Origin: Nitrososphaeria archaeon
Lineage (GTDB): Archaea > Thermoproteota > Nitrososphaeria > Geothermarchaeales > JDFR-13
Reading direction: 5' to 3'
Assembly: GCA_027078545.1 (NCBI GenBank)
Contig: JALWXN010000004.1
Coordinates: forward strand, 1-64,000
Length of the DNA: 64,000 nt
Below the pieces are notes generated by a model. It had not been told where the DNA came from. It did no database searches and saw only the letters and a program-made list of their open reading frames with translations. Shown in pieces: positions 49,731 through 59,815 of the stretch (position 1 is its first letter; each line of letters starts with the position of its first letter). The translations under genes and the position numbers were made by a program.

Positions 49731-49898
49731 ATGGGTACACACGGTTCACTAACAAAGGCCGGGAAGGTTAGGTCCCTCACCCCAAAGATAGACCCACTAC
49801 CAAAGCCCCCGACAAATCCCAAGAAGAGGAATAGGGCCAACTTCAAGAAGAGGATAATCCAGGGTAGGAGGCCTGGACAGTTCAGGGGAAGGTTCTAA
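49731..49898 (+). CDS. rps30e: 30S ribosomal protein S30e (55 aa, absent from the ORF track)
   Basis: Translates to MGTHGSLTKAGKVRSLTPKI...; upstream GGTGA RBS and TTTATA. Confidence 0.93.
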   Translation: MGTHGSLTKAGKVRSLTPKIDPLPKPPTNPKKRNRANFKKRIIQGRRPGQFRGRF

Positions 49899-49975
49899 CC
49901 AACCGATATTTTTTACCCGAGCACTCTATATTCCAAACAATTATTCAATTCTCTACACCTCGGACCATCTAGAGG

Positions 49976-50062
49976 AGTGTCCTCCCCTCCAGACAATCTC
50001 GGGCTACGGGCAACTATAATAGTCCTATCAACCTATCTAAAGACAAGGGGATGGAGGATACT
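49976..50062. ncRNA. Candidate structured intergenic RNA hairpin
   Basis: AGTGTCCTCC/GGAGGATACT outer stem; GGGCTA/TAGTCC inner stem; possible K-turn and ACA on the minus strand. Confidence 0.25.
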
Positions 50063-50080
50063 GGGCAGTAGACACATTAT

Positions 50081-51685
50081 ATGCAGAGTGACAAGGCCAT
50101 GTCTAGATACCTATCCGCCATCAAGAGCTATACAACGGCCCTACCACAGTTCGTGGCCCCAACAGTAATAAGCCTACTAACCTTCGGAATACTGGCCAGG
50201 ATACTAACAGCCAAGGAACTAGGGATATACGGCCTCATGGTATCCACAGTATACCTTGTAGGCCTATCGGCAAACTTCGGGCTCAAGAGGGCCGTAATAG
50301 TGGAGATCTCACGCGACAAGGAGGGGTGGAGATACGCGAAGGGAGCTATAAAACTGACAATCATATTTACACTAGCCGCGGCAGGTATAACCGCGGGGAT
50401 ATATTACTACTTCAAGATATTCGACGGACTGATCTACTCAGGACCCACCTACCTAGCCTTCACACTACTACTCACACTATTCGCACTGAGGAACTTCATA
50501 AGCTTCCCACTAGAGGCCCTCAAAAAATTCCACCTACCATCACTCTACACCACCGTGGGCTTCATAATATACCGGATACTCATGGTCGCAGCCGTAATAT
50601 CTGGCCTAAGCCTCCTAGGCATAATACTGTCATGGGCATTAGGAGAGGGAATAGCCATAGCCGGGATAGCCAGGGAAGTAGCCAGATTCAGGGAGTCCAT
50701 GGCCAACAGCCTCCGAATATCCCAGATGGGGGACCTACTAGGAAAGGCACGCCACATCTTCCTCTTCGACATAACCATGTCCCTAGTCGAGTATGGAGAC
50801 AGGATAGTAACCACATTATTCGGCTTCTACCTCCTAGCAAACTTCTACATAGCCAGCACAGGAGCCCAGGCAGTGGGGGCACTTGCACAAGCACTCTATA
50901 GCGGCCTACTACCACACCTATCCGAGGAGCTTAGGAGGAGCAGGAGGGAGGAATTCATGGGATACGTACAGAGGCTCAGTAAATACTTCACCCTCTTCCT
51001 ATCACCCATCTACATAGTATCAGCAGTACTGGCATACCCACTGATAATCCTACTAGCCGGATCAGGATACCAGGTAGCCATACCACTCTTCCAAATAATC
51101 GTTATCACGCTGGGCATAACGGTGATCCTACCACTCGTAGCCAACATCCTAATAGCTAGTGACCACCCAAGGGACCTGATGATAGCCCAGATAATAGGAT
51201 TCATAGTAGACATAATCATCCTAATAGGCCTATACCCCTACATAGGATACCTATCAGCAGGCTTCGGAAAGGCCTTTCTCTACGTAACCACACTCTCGAT
51301 ATCCCTCTACCTACTATACAAGAGGCTAGGCATAATACCCTATAGACTGGTAGACATAGGCAAGATACTCATAGCCAACATAGTGACCATGGTACTCACA
51401 TGGATACTATGGATACTAACATTCAGACTCACCCTACTACCGCTCTACATAACATTCAGCATCCTAGCCTACATGATCCTACTACGCCAAATGAGGATAA
51501 TCGATGCAGAGGATATCAGAATCCTCTTCTCCGAGATTCCTTTAAAAGGCAAGCCCAGAGATATGATTTTTAAGCTCATAACCCGCCTAACAGGCGTTAA
51601 AACCGACCTAGAGACGGAGAAGGGAGGTAATCATGGGGAAAATCCACCTAACAACAATCTTGAAGATAGTCGAGAAAGACAGTAG
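50081..51685 (+). CDS. Wzx/MOP-superfamily oligosaccharide flippase
   Basis: ARILTAKELGIYG; DRIV; 12-14 TM helices. Confidence 0.85.
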   Translation: MQSDKAMSRYLSAIKSYTTALPQFVAPTVISLLTFGILARILTAKELGIYGLMVSTVYLVGLSANFGLKRAVIVEISRDKEGWRYAKGAIKLTIIFTLAAAGITAGIYYYFKIFDGLIYSGPTYLAFTLLLTLFALRNFISFPLEALKKFHLPSLYTTVGFIIYRILMVAAVISGLSLLGIILSWALGEGIAIAGIAREVARFRESMANSLRISQMGDLLGKARHIFLFDITMSLVEYGDRIVTTLFGFYLLANFYIASTGAQAVGALAQALYSGLLPHLSEELRRSRREEFMGYVQRLSKYFTLFLSPIYIVSAVLAYPLIILLAGSGYQVAIPLFQIIVITLGITVILPLVANILIASDHPRDLMIAQIIGFIVDIIILIGLYPYIGYLSAGFGKAFLYVTTLSISLYLLYKRLGIIPYRLVDIGKILIANIVTMVLTWILWILTFRLTLLPLYITFSILAYMILLRQMRIIDAEDIRILFSEIPLKGKPRDMIFKLITRLTGVKTDLETEKGGNHGENPPNNNLEDSRERQ

Positions 51686-52808
51686 CAAGAAGATAGTCCT
51701 ACACTCAGAGGACCCCGAGGAGGCTGGTAAGATAAAATACATGCTTGAGAAGGGCGACAGGGACACCCTTCTAAAAATAATTGGGAGAGACGGAGAGGAG
51801 GAGATAGTGACATATTCACCACAGCTATACAGCCTCCTCAAGAGGGAGGGGATAGATGCCGAGTACCGACGTAAAAAGGATATAGACACCCTAGAAGCCA
51901 TAGAGGCAGCTGAGAACAAGCCTGGAACAGACGCCAAGACATACCTCGCGAAGCTGATGGAGACATACACCACAGAGCGGCTAAAAGACGAGATGACGAA
52001 TAAAGACATGCTGGTGATCCACGCGATAAACGCCTACGACGAGTATACAGAGACCATCAACATATTCTATGAGAGGCTTAGGGAGTGGTACGGCATCTAC
52101 TTCCCAGAACTAGCAAACTATGTGAAGAAGATAGATAGATACGCCGCCCTAGTCAGAGACCTCCTCCTAAGGGAGAATATGAGGAAGGAGACACTCATCG
52201 AGAGAGGCTACCCAGAAGACAAAGCCGCAGCTATAGAGGAGGCAGCCAGAAACTCCACGGGAGGCATGCTATCAAGAGAGGATCTAGAAGTCATCCGTAA
52301 ACACGCGGCAACCCTACTAGACCTGATTAAACAGAGGGAAGAGGTAGAGAAATACCTAGAAGAACTCTTAACAGAGGAGGCTCCAAATACTACACACCTC
52401 ATAGGCCATAAACTAGCAGCCAGACTAATAGCCAAGGCCGGAGGCCTCAGGAGACTAGCCACATTACCAGCAAGCACTATACAGCTCCTAGGAGCGGAGA
52501 AGTCTCTCTTCATAGCCCTCAGAAAAGGTGGGAAGCCCCCGAAACACGGGATAATATTCCAGCACCCATTCATCAACCAGTCACCGAAGGTTATTAGAGG
52601 GAGAGTAGCCAGGCTACTCGCAGGGAAGATAGCCATAGCAGCCAGGGTAGACGCCTTTGGAGGAGACTTCATAGGAGACAGACTACTCAGAGAAGTGGAG
52701 GAGAAGGTGGAGGAGCTCAGGAAGAAGGCCTCAAAAATAAAGCAGAAGAAGATGCAGATGATGAGGAGGCAGAAACAGAAGAGGGGGCGTAGGAGAAGGA
52801 GGAGGTGA
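51633..52808 (+). CDS. nop5: Box C/D sRNP protein Nop5 (Nop56/58)
   Basis: RLREWYGIYFPEL; PASTIQLLGAEK; PKHGIIFQ; AARVD. Confidence 0.96.
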   Translation: MGKIHLTTILKIVEKDSSKKIVLHSEDPEEAGKIKYMLEKGDRDTLLKIIGRDGEEEIVTYSPQLYSLLKREGIDAEYRRKKDIDTLEAIEAAENKPGTDAKTYLAKLMETYTTERLKDEMTNKDMLVIHAINAYDEYTETINIFYERLREWYGIYFPELANYVKKIDRYAALVRDLLLRENMRKETLIERGYPEDKAAAIEEAARNSTGGMLSREDLEVIRKHAATLLDLIKQREEVEKYLEELLTEEAPNTTHLIGHKLAARLIAKAGGLRRLATLPASTIQLLGAEKSLFIALRKGGKPPKHGIIFQHPFINQSPKVIRGRVARLLAGKIAIAARVDAFGGDFIGDRLLREVEEKVEELRKKASKIKQKKMQMMRRQKQKRGRRRRRR

Positions 52809-53488
52809 GCCATGTGGATATCGTGAAGACGAAGATAAACAACCTAGTCATCATAGATGGTGAGAGATACGCCACAATAAACATCACCCCAGGAATAACC
52901 TTCTACAAGGAGGAGGTAGTCAAGAAGGACGGGGTCGAGTATAGGATTTGGAACCCCTATAAAAGCAAGCTAGCAGCAGCCTTCAAAAACGGCCTACCAA
53001 TAGATGTACTGGAAGATGTTAGGAGCATACTATATCTAGGCGCATCCACAGGAACAACGATCAGCCACCTATCCGACATACTAACCGACGGGATAATCTA
53101 CGGGGTGGAGATAGGCCCTAGGGTGATGATGGAGTTCATAAACCGTGTAGTCAAGAACAGGAGCAATGTAATACCACTATTCTACGACGCCAGGCTACCT
53201 GAGAACTACATAGACATAGTAGATCCAGGCGTAGACATGGTATACTGCGACGTGGCCCAGCCTGACCAGACCAAGATACTTGCCGACAACGCCGACATAT
53301 ACCTAAGGAAGGGTGGGAAGATCCTACTAGCCATAAAGGCCAGGAGCATAGACGCTGTAGCACCGGTAAAGAAGATCTATGAGGGAGAGGTTGAATACCT
53401 GAGGAAGAGGGGATACAAAATATTAGAGGTGCTAGAGCTAGAGCCCTACGAGAAGGAGCACGCAATGGTATACGCCGTCAAACCATAA
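52805..53488 (+). CDS. flpA: Fibrillarin-like rRNA/tRNA 2'-O-methyltransferase
   Basis: WNPYKSKLAA; LYLGASTGTTISH; DVAQPDQ; KARSID. Confidence 0.96.
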   Translation: MSHVDIVKTKINNLVIIDGERYATINITPGITFYKEEVVKKDGVEYRIWNPYKSKLAAAFKNGLPIDVLEDVRSILYLGASTGTTISHLSDILTDGIIYGVEIGPRVMMEFINRVVKNRSNVIPLFYDARLPENYIDIVDPGVDMVYCDVAQPDQTKILADNADIYLRKGGKILLAIKARSIDAVAPVKKIYEGEVEYLRKRGYKILEVLELEPYEKEHAMVYAVKP

Positions 53489-54122
53489 ACCTACCAACCC
53501 GGACAACCAGGACATACCTCTTAGTAACATCGGAAACCACATCTATAAAACCATACTCATCACTAGACATGTCATACTCAATAAAGGGTGATCTAGGCAC
53601 CTCTCCCCTATACTTAAACAGCACAATATAGTCCTCATCATCTGACGCAGCCTCAACATTAACGACATACTCGGAGGAGCCCTCTATAAACCATATGAAT
53701 GGGATCAAAGCCTGCTCCATCAACGTTGAATAAGCAACGTTGATCAGGGACGCCATATCATCAACAAACACCTCGACAATATTAACCTTCAATCCATCCC
53801 TTCCCACATATTCATGGGGAGGAGTAGCCACCCTAACCACTGGGATAGGTATGTAGGCTGGGGAGTCAACATACTCATAGGTAATCACCTCCCGCCCAGC
53901 ATCATTGGGAGAGTAGGAGACTATCCTAGGCAGCTCCTCCAACCTGGCATATACAAAGACAGCCTGCACATCCTTCATCTGGGGAGGGAGATAGAAACCC
54001 AGTTCATAACCATTATCAGACCTATACCCCAGCAGAACACTCCTCTCCCGCCTAACATCTGCAACCAGCCTAATCAAATCATCAACCCGGGTAAGCTCGA
54101 CAGGCAGCGCCTTAATCCCCAT
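53478..54122 (-). CDS. Hypothetical protein with two internally repeated ~100-aa domains
   Basis: VELTRVDDLIRLV...IPVVRV and VFVDDMASLINV...VLVVRV. Confidence 0.7.
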   Translation of the reverse strand: MGIKALPVELTRVDDLIRLVADVRRERSVLLGYRSDNGYELGFYLPPQMKDVQAVFVYARLEELPRIVSYSPNDAGREVITYEYVDSPAYIPIPVVRVATPPHEYVGRDGLKVNIVEVFVDDMASLINVAYSTLMEQALIPFIWFIEGSSEYVVNVEAASDDEDYIVLFKYRGEVPRSPFIEYDMSSDEYGFIDVVSDVTKRYVLVVRVGRFMV

Positions 54123-54185
54123 GACCTAGCCACCCCACTAAATACAGGCTAGAATATAAACGGGAAATATACAGCCCCCGCTTAT

Positions 54186-55049
54186 ATGAACCCCCTAGGC
54201 TATATTATACCCATGACAGAACTGGAACAGATATCCATAGAAGACGCTGTGATAAAGAAAGAGGTGCCTATACTAGAAGGCGACGCAACACTAAGAACCC
54301 TGGTAAACAACATGGTTAGAAACAAGGTCTCCACAGCCATAATGATCGACGGTGATAAGCAACAGGTCATAACCACCCATGACTGCGCAGAGCAGATCGT
54401 AAAGAACATATGGGATCTAGACGTAATCGTAGATAGGCTTGCCCTAAGAGACATGTTCAACAAATACGCTGAGACAACGATACTAACCTTCGACAAACCA
54501 GTCAAGGAGGCGGTGAATGCCCTCCTAACCTACAAGAGAAACTTCGTGGTAGAGGAGGACGGGACATACTACGAGATAACAGCGGAGGACATGCTCCCAC
54601 TATTCATAATATGGGAAGACTACATCAACGAGAAACCAATAAAGGAGGCGATGAGCACCCAATTCGTAAAGGTGCCGCCCACACAGTCGGCGGCCTCCAC
54701 ATACGAGAAATACGCCTCCAAAAACCTAACAGCGGCTGTAGTAACAAACCCCGCACACCAGCCTATAGGCATAGTCACCAATAGAGACTACACAGTCTCC
54801 TACCAAGAACTCCTAAACCAGGTAACCAAGATCAGAAGGGAGAGGGACATGAAGATCCCCGTAGAAGTAGTGATGAAGAGAGACGTAATATTCGAGTTCC
54901 AGGAAGACCCACTATCCACGGCGATAAACACGATGGTCGAGAACGACATTGGACACGTACCCATAGTAAACGAGGACGACGAGACCGTGGGAATGATATA
55001 TAAGTACACACTTCTCCAACTAATGGTGAAGCTAGATGAAGGCACTTGA
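54186..55049 (+). CDS. CBS-domain protein
   Basis: PIGIVTNRD; MVENDIGHVPIV. Confidence 0.85.
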   Translation: MNPLGYIIPMTELEQISIEDAVIKKEVPILEGDATLRTLVNNMVRNKVSTAIMIDGDKQQVITTHDCAEQIVKNIWDLDVIVDRLALRDMFNKYAETTILTFDKPVKEAVNALLTYKRNFVVEEDGTYYEITAEDMLPLFIIWEDYINEKPIKEAMSTQFVKVPPTQSAASTYEKYASKNLTAAVVTNPAHQPIGIVTNRDYTVSYQELLNQVTKIRRERDMKIPVEVVMKRDVIFEFQEDPLSTAINTMVENDIGHVPIVNEDDETVGMIYKYTLLQLMVKLDEGT

Positions 55050-55833
55050 CCTGGTAGAGAACAACTACCCTAGACACAGGAAGGAGGAGCGGATAAAGAC
55101 GATACTAGACTCCATGTATAAGAACAGGGTAGACAGGGTACTAGTCCTAAGAGACTCAGAAACACTATATGGAATAGCGACCGAGTGGGACATATTCCAC
55201 AAGCTCTCCACAATAAAGAAGGTCCCCGACCAGCCCTACGACCTACCACTAGCCAGCGTAGCCACATACCCAGTAGACACCCTACCCCCAGAGACACCTG
55301 TAAAGACGATAATCAACCAATTCCTCCTAAAGGAGTACAGCAGCATACCGATACTCGATGAGAACCAAATCTACGGACTCGTAACCAAGAGAGGAGTCAT
55401 ATCAGCCCATCTAGACAAGATAAGGAGGATAGACAAGGAAGTCATAGAGATAACGGTTAAGGCCAAAGGACGCATAGAACCATTCAAATCCCTCAGAAAC
55501 GCGGAGAACAAGCTCCGCCTAGGCGGGTACAGCACATTAATAGTCCACGAAGACGGCAGATACATAGGAGTCGTAACCGCCCTAGACATAGCCAAAGAAA
55601 TACTGAAGATAAGGAAGACCTACCCAAAGAAGGATTGGGACAACCAGATCTCAAAGCTACACGTGGCAGACGTCATGAGAAGGGACTACGCCACCCTATC
55701 CCCAACCGACCCAGTATACAGAGCCGCAGAGATAATGGTTGAGAGGAACCAGAAGATCATACCCATAGTCGAGGGAGACAAACTCATAGGGATAGTAACG
55801 AGGAGACACGTATTAAACCTCATCAAGGAGTAG
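55036..55833 (+). CDS. CBS-domain protein (four CBS repeats)
   Basis: YGIATEWD, YGLVTKRG, IGVVTALD, IGIVTRRH. Confidence 0.88.
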   Translation: MKALDLVENNYPRHRKEERIKTILDSMYKNRVDRVLVLRDSETLYGIATEWDIFHKLSTIKKVPDQPYDLPLASVATYPVDTLPPETPVKTIINQFLLKEYSSIPILDENQIYGLVTKRGVISAHLDKIRRIDKEVIEITVKAKGRIEPFKSLRNAENKLRLGGYSTLIVHEDGRYIGVVTALDIAKEILKIRKTYPKKDWDNQISKLHVADVMRRDYATLSPTDPVYRAAEIMVERNQKIIPIVEGDKLIGIVTRRHVLNLIKE

Positions 55834-55855
55834 AAAATATATTTTTTGGAGCACC

Positions 55856-56335
55856 ATGGAGCCACCCAAATTCCTAGCAGACCACATGAACGGAGACATA
55901 GCAAGATGGCTCAGAATAATGGGATTCGACTGCGAATACCCACCACCAGCGGCGACAGACGACGAGATACTAGCACAGGCAGACAGAGAGTCAAGAGTAG
56001 TGATAACCTCGGATAGAGAGCTATACTCAAGAGCCCGGAGAAGAGGCCTCAACGCAGTACTACTGGTCGACGCCCCCCTCGAGCAGAAGATAGCTAAGAT
56101 CCTAAAAGACCTACATATAGAGACCCTCTACGGAACCCTCTCACCCCGCTGCACAGCCTGCAACGGAGAACTTGAGAGGGTCCATACACTAGACGTAAGG
56201 GACCAACTACCAAAGAAGCTGATGAGGACATTTAGATATATCCATAGATGCAAGAGATGTGGAAGACTCTACTGGGAAGGAACACACTGGAAAAACATCA
56301 AGGAGACACTTAGAAAGATAGCTAGCAATCTATAA
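55856..56335 (+). CDS. Mut7-C RNase domain protein (PIN-like plus Zn ribbon)
   Basis: FLADHM...LRIMGFD; ITSDREL; RCTACN; CKRCGRLYWEGTHW. Confidence 0.92.
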   Translation: MEPPKFLADHMNGDIARWLRIMGFDCEYPPPAATDDEILAQADRESRVVITSDRELYSRARRRGLNAVLLVDAPLEQKIAKILKDLHIETLYGTLSPRCTACNGELERVHTLDVRDQLPKKLMRTFRYIHRCKRCGRLYWEGTHWKNIKETLRKIASNL

Positions 56336-56395
56336 TCACACCTATCAAAGGGTCACACCACCCTTATTACACATGAAACAAAATGATTCTTTTAG

Positions 56396-59300
56396 ATGCA
56401 GATGAAACCATATATAAAGAGGGTAGAGATACACAACTACAAGACACATAAAAACACGAGACTCATATTCTCACCAGGCATAAACAGCATAGTCGGCCCC
56501 AATGGAGCTGGGAAATCCAATATCGTACAGGCCATCCTATTCTGCCTAGGAGAGAGAAGCCCCAAAAACCTAAGAGTATCAAGCTTCAACGAGATCGTAT
56601 ACAACTTCCGCAAAGACCTAGACGTATCGGTCACCCTAACAATAGTGGATAGCAAGGGGGAGGAACACAGATTCAAAAGAATATATTCACCCAGGAAGGG
56701 TGAACACATATACCGCTACAACGGTAAGAGGGTATCAAGAACAGCCTACCTACTAAACCTCCTCAAACTAGGCACAAACGGGTTGAAACACGTCTACATC
56801 AAACAGGGAGACATAACCAGATGGGCAGACGCAACCCCAAAAGACATAAAAGAGATGATACATGAGGCCCTAGGCCTCAAAGAATACAACCAGAGACGCA
56901 GAGAAGCCCTTGAGAGACTAGCCGAGGCCGAGAAGAAGCTAGAATCAGTGCAGGCCCAGTACCTGAGGATGCAGGAAATAGTATACACATTCAGAGACCA
57001 CATGGTTAGCTACGAGACGAGCCAGACAGCCACCTACCTAAAAAACACACTCGAACACACTATCACCAAAATGCTTCTTAAAGAGAAGGAGGAGCAGCTG
57101 ACTAGGCTCAAAAAGAGGAAGGCCAAGATCGACAAGATATACACAAGAATCGTGAGGCTGGAGGACCAGGTTAGCCAGAAGATCAGCGACTACATAGAGA
57201 AATACTCCGAAGCCACAAATAGACAGACCGAGATAAACACCGAGATAAACAGGCTAAACACAGAGATCATAAACCTACTCAACGAGGAGAACAGACTAAA
57301 AGACAAGATAAGGAGGGCTAAGATAAACGAGATAAACACGAAGATAGAGTTTCTGAAGAAGGAGATAAAGAAGATTAGAGAGGAGACAAGAGAGGAGGCA
57401 AAGACACTGAGAGAAGAACTCCAGAGCCTCAAGACAATTGAAAAGGAGGCCGAAAAGCTAAGAAAAGAGATAAATAAACTCGACACCAAGATAACAGAGC
57501 TGGAGAAACTGGAGGAAGAAATAATAAAACAGGAGGCCGAAAAACTGGAGGAATACCGCAGAATCATCAATCAAGAGTCTGAGGAACTCCTCAGAGAGAA
57601 GATAAAAGAGCTTAGAAAGAGGGAGTACGAGGAGGAACTAAGAGAGCTACGTAGAAGGATGGAGGTCTACCAAAGGACGATCAAAGAGCTTAGGAGGCGG
57701 AGGGAGGATACACTCAACAAGCTGAAAAGTTTGAGGGAGGAGCTAGAGAGACATAGAAAATCAATGAGGGAGACGGAGAGAAGACTGAAGAAGACTAGTA
57801 ACGAGGTTAGGAATGCCTATAAACTCCTAAGAAAGCTGGAGAATATACTGGACAACCTGACCAGAGACAAACAGGCAGAGGTGAAATACTATAACGACTC
57901 CAGCAAAGTACTAGAGGCCACAAAAACACTCAGACTACCAGGAGTCTACGGCATACTATCAGAGATGGTGAAAGGCCCACCCAAGATCCTACGCCTAATA
58001 AGAGACCTAGACCTCAGGAGCTGGTACGCCATAATTGTTAAGGATAGAGACACCGCCCTAAGAGTAGCCGAGATAGCCAACGAACTCGAGAAGGACATAT
58101 CCATACTAACAGCAGACGGAGCTATGGATAAGACACTACCTGACAACTCCGTGATATACCTCCTCAAATACCCAAAGAAGATAGAGAACATAGTCATCAA
58201 CCTCTACGGAGACATAGAGACAGTAGCCACACTAGAAGAGGCACTGGAAAAGACATCTAAAGGCGCCAGAACAATACACATAGACGGAGAATTCCTACTC
58301 CACCCCCGCGGCTACATACGAACAACAGGGATACTGGTTAAGCTACCAAAGGATGTAGAGACACTAAAGACCATAAGAGACAAGTTCAGAAGAGTGATAC
58401 AGAGGAAAGAGGAGGAGCTAGCTGACCTAGAGGCCAAGCTGAGGGAGCAGCAGAGGGAAGAGAACAAGATTATGGGGAGGATAATCTCAACCCAACTAAC
58501 CATAAAATACATAGACAGAAACATCAAACTACTCAGCGACATAACCAAGAGACTTAGAGAGAAGGAGAAGAGAATAAAGGAGGAGCTTAGCAAAGAAAAG
58601 AGAGAGACAAAGAGGGAGAGGAGGGAGGCAAGCCTGACATCACAGATAGAGGAGGTCAGAAGACGGATAGCCGAGCTAAAGAGCCGTAGAGAGGAGCTGA
58701 AAAAAGAACTCTCCGAGCTAGAAGAGGTGATCAACAGAAAAAGAGTAGCCATACAACTATTCCAAAACAACACAAGAGCCAAGAAGAACAGGATCCAGGA
58801 GTTGAAGCGGGAGATAGAAACCCTGGAGAACGAGAAACCAGAGTTGAAAAACAAGATTAAGGAGCTGGCTAGCCAGATAAAAGAACTCGTCGATAGGAGG
58901 CTACAGTACACAAGGAAGATAAACAGCCTAAATAAAGAGCTGGAAAAGATCAAAAAGTCTCTCGAGAAGCTTGAGGAGAAGAGGAAGAAGTTGGAGGATA
59001 AACTATCCAAAATACGTGAAAAAAGAGAGAAGATATCCTCCGTGAGGACAAAACTAACGACCAAGCTCAGCCTACTAGAGGCTGAGGTGGCAAGGCTGAG
59101 AAACACCCTGGATAAGACAGTAGCCAGAGAATTAGAGATAAACAATCTAGAAAACGCGAAGGAGCTCGTAGACAGCCTAAAGAGAGAACTAGAGGAGATA
59201 GGGGAGGTGTCCCAGATAGCTGAGAGGACATTCCTAGAACAGCTAGAACCCTATAAAAACTACAGCACCAGGAGGAGCGAACTACTCCAGGAGCGTAACG

Positions 59301-59815
59301 AGATACTCGAGTTCATAAGGGAGATAGACGAGAAGCGCCTACAGATATTCGAGGAGGGATTCCAGAAGATTAAGGAACGGTTCATGGAGATGTTCGAAAC
59401 AGTATTCCCAGAATCGAAAGTCTGGATAGAGCTGGAGGAAGAGGGCAACATAGACAGTGGTATCCTAGTCTTCATAGAATTCCCAGGAAAGCCCCGCATA
59501 ACCATAGCCGCCGCCAGCGGCGGGGAGAGAACGTCAATCATTCTAATGCTCCTACTAAGCATATACTCGATAAACGAGGACACGATATTCATATTCGACG
59601 AGATAGACGCCCATATGGATCCACGGGTAGTCGACAACATAGCCAGGATAATAAAGGCCCAGGAGAAGTATAGCCAGATAATCCTGGTTACACTGCCAGG
59701 CCACGACAGCATGATAAACATAGCCGACATAATAATACCAGTAACATTCACAAAGGGAGCCAGCAAAGCATTCTCTGTAAAGTCAGAACTCCTGGTGGGG
59801 GCGAGAACACCATGA
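56396..59815 (+). CDS. smc: SMC chromosome segregation ATPase
   Basis: GPNGAGKSN; Q-loop IKQG; coiled coils; hinge GVYGILSEM; ASGGE; DEIDAHMD. Confidence 0.92.
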   Translation: MQMKPYIKRVEIHNYKTHKNTRLIFSPGINSIVGPNGAGKSNIVQAILFCLGERSPKNLRVSSFNEIVYNFRKDLDVSVTLTIVDSKGEEHRFKRIYSPRKGEHIYRYNGKRVSRTAYLLNLLKLGTNGLKHVYIKQGDITRWADATPKDIKEMIHEALGLKEYNQRRREALERLAEAEKKLESVQAQYLRMQEIVYTFRDHMVSYETSQTATYLKNTLEHTITKMLLKEKEEQLTRLKKRKAKIDKIYTRIVRLEDQVSQKISDYIEKYSEATNRQTEINTEINRLNTEIINLLNEENRLKDKIRRAKINEINTKIEFLKKEIKKIREETREEAKTLREELQSLKTIEKEAEKLRKEINKLDTKITELEKLEEEIIKQEAEKLEEYRRIINQESEELLREKIKELRKREYEEELRELRRRMEVYQRTIKELRRRREDTLNKLKSLREELERHRKSMRETERRLKKTSNEVRNAYKLLRKLENILDNLTRDKQAEVKYYNDSSKVLEATKTLRLPGVYGILSEMVKGPPKILRLIRDLDLRSWYAIIVKDRDTALRVAEIANELEKDISILTADGAMDKTLPDNSVIYLLKYPKKIENIVINLYGDIETVATLEEALEKTSKGARTIHIDGEFLLHPRGYIRTTGILVKLPKDVETLKTIRDKFRRVIQRKEEELADLEAKLREQQREENKIMGRIISTQLTIKYIDRNIKLLSDITKRLREKEKRIKEELSKEKRETKRERREASLTSQIEEVRRRIAELKSRREELKKELSELEEVINRKRVAIQLFQNNTRAKKNRIQELKREIETLENEKPELKNKIKELASQIKELVDRRLQYTRKINSLNKELEKIKKSLEKLEEKRKKLEDKLSKIREKREKISSVRTKLTTKLSLLEAEVARLRNTLDKTVARELEINNLENAKELVDSLKRELEEIGEVSQIAERTFLEQLEPYKNYSTRRSELLQERNEILEFIREIDEKRLQIFEEGFQKIKERFMEMFETVFPESKVWIELEEEGNIDSGILVFIEFPGKPRITIAAASGGERTSIILMLLLSIYSINEDTIFIFDEIDAHMDPRVVDNIARIIKAQEKYSQIILVTLPGHDSMINIADIIIPVTFTKGASKAFSVKSELLVGARTP

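Noticed and set aside
58312-59766. Long antisense ORFs (277 and 168 aa) opposite smc, and similar shadow ORFs opposite TIP49, nop5, gatE and atpA/B
   Set aside because: Ser/Leu/Phe-rich mirror translations of E/K/R-rich real genes, with no recognisable motifs.
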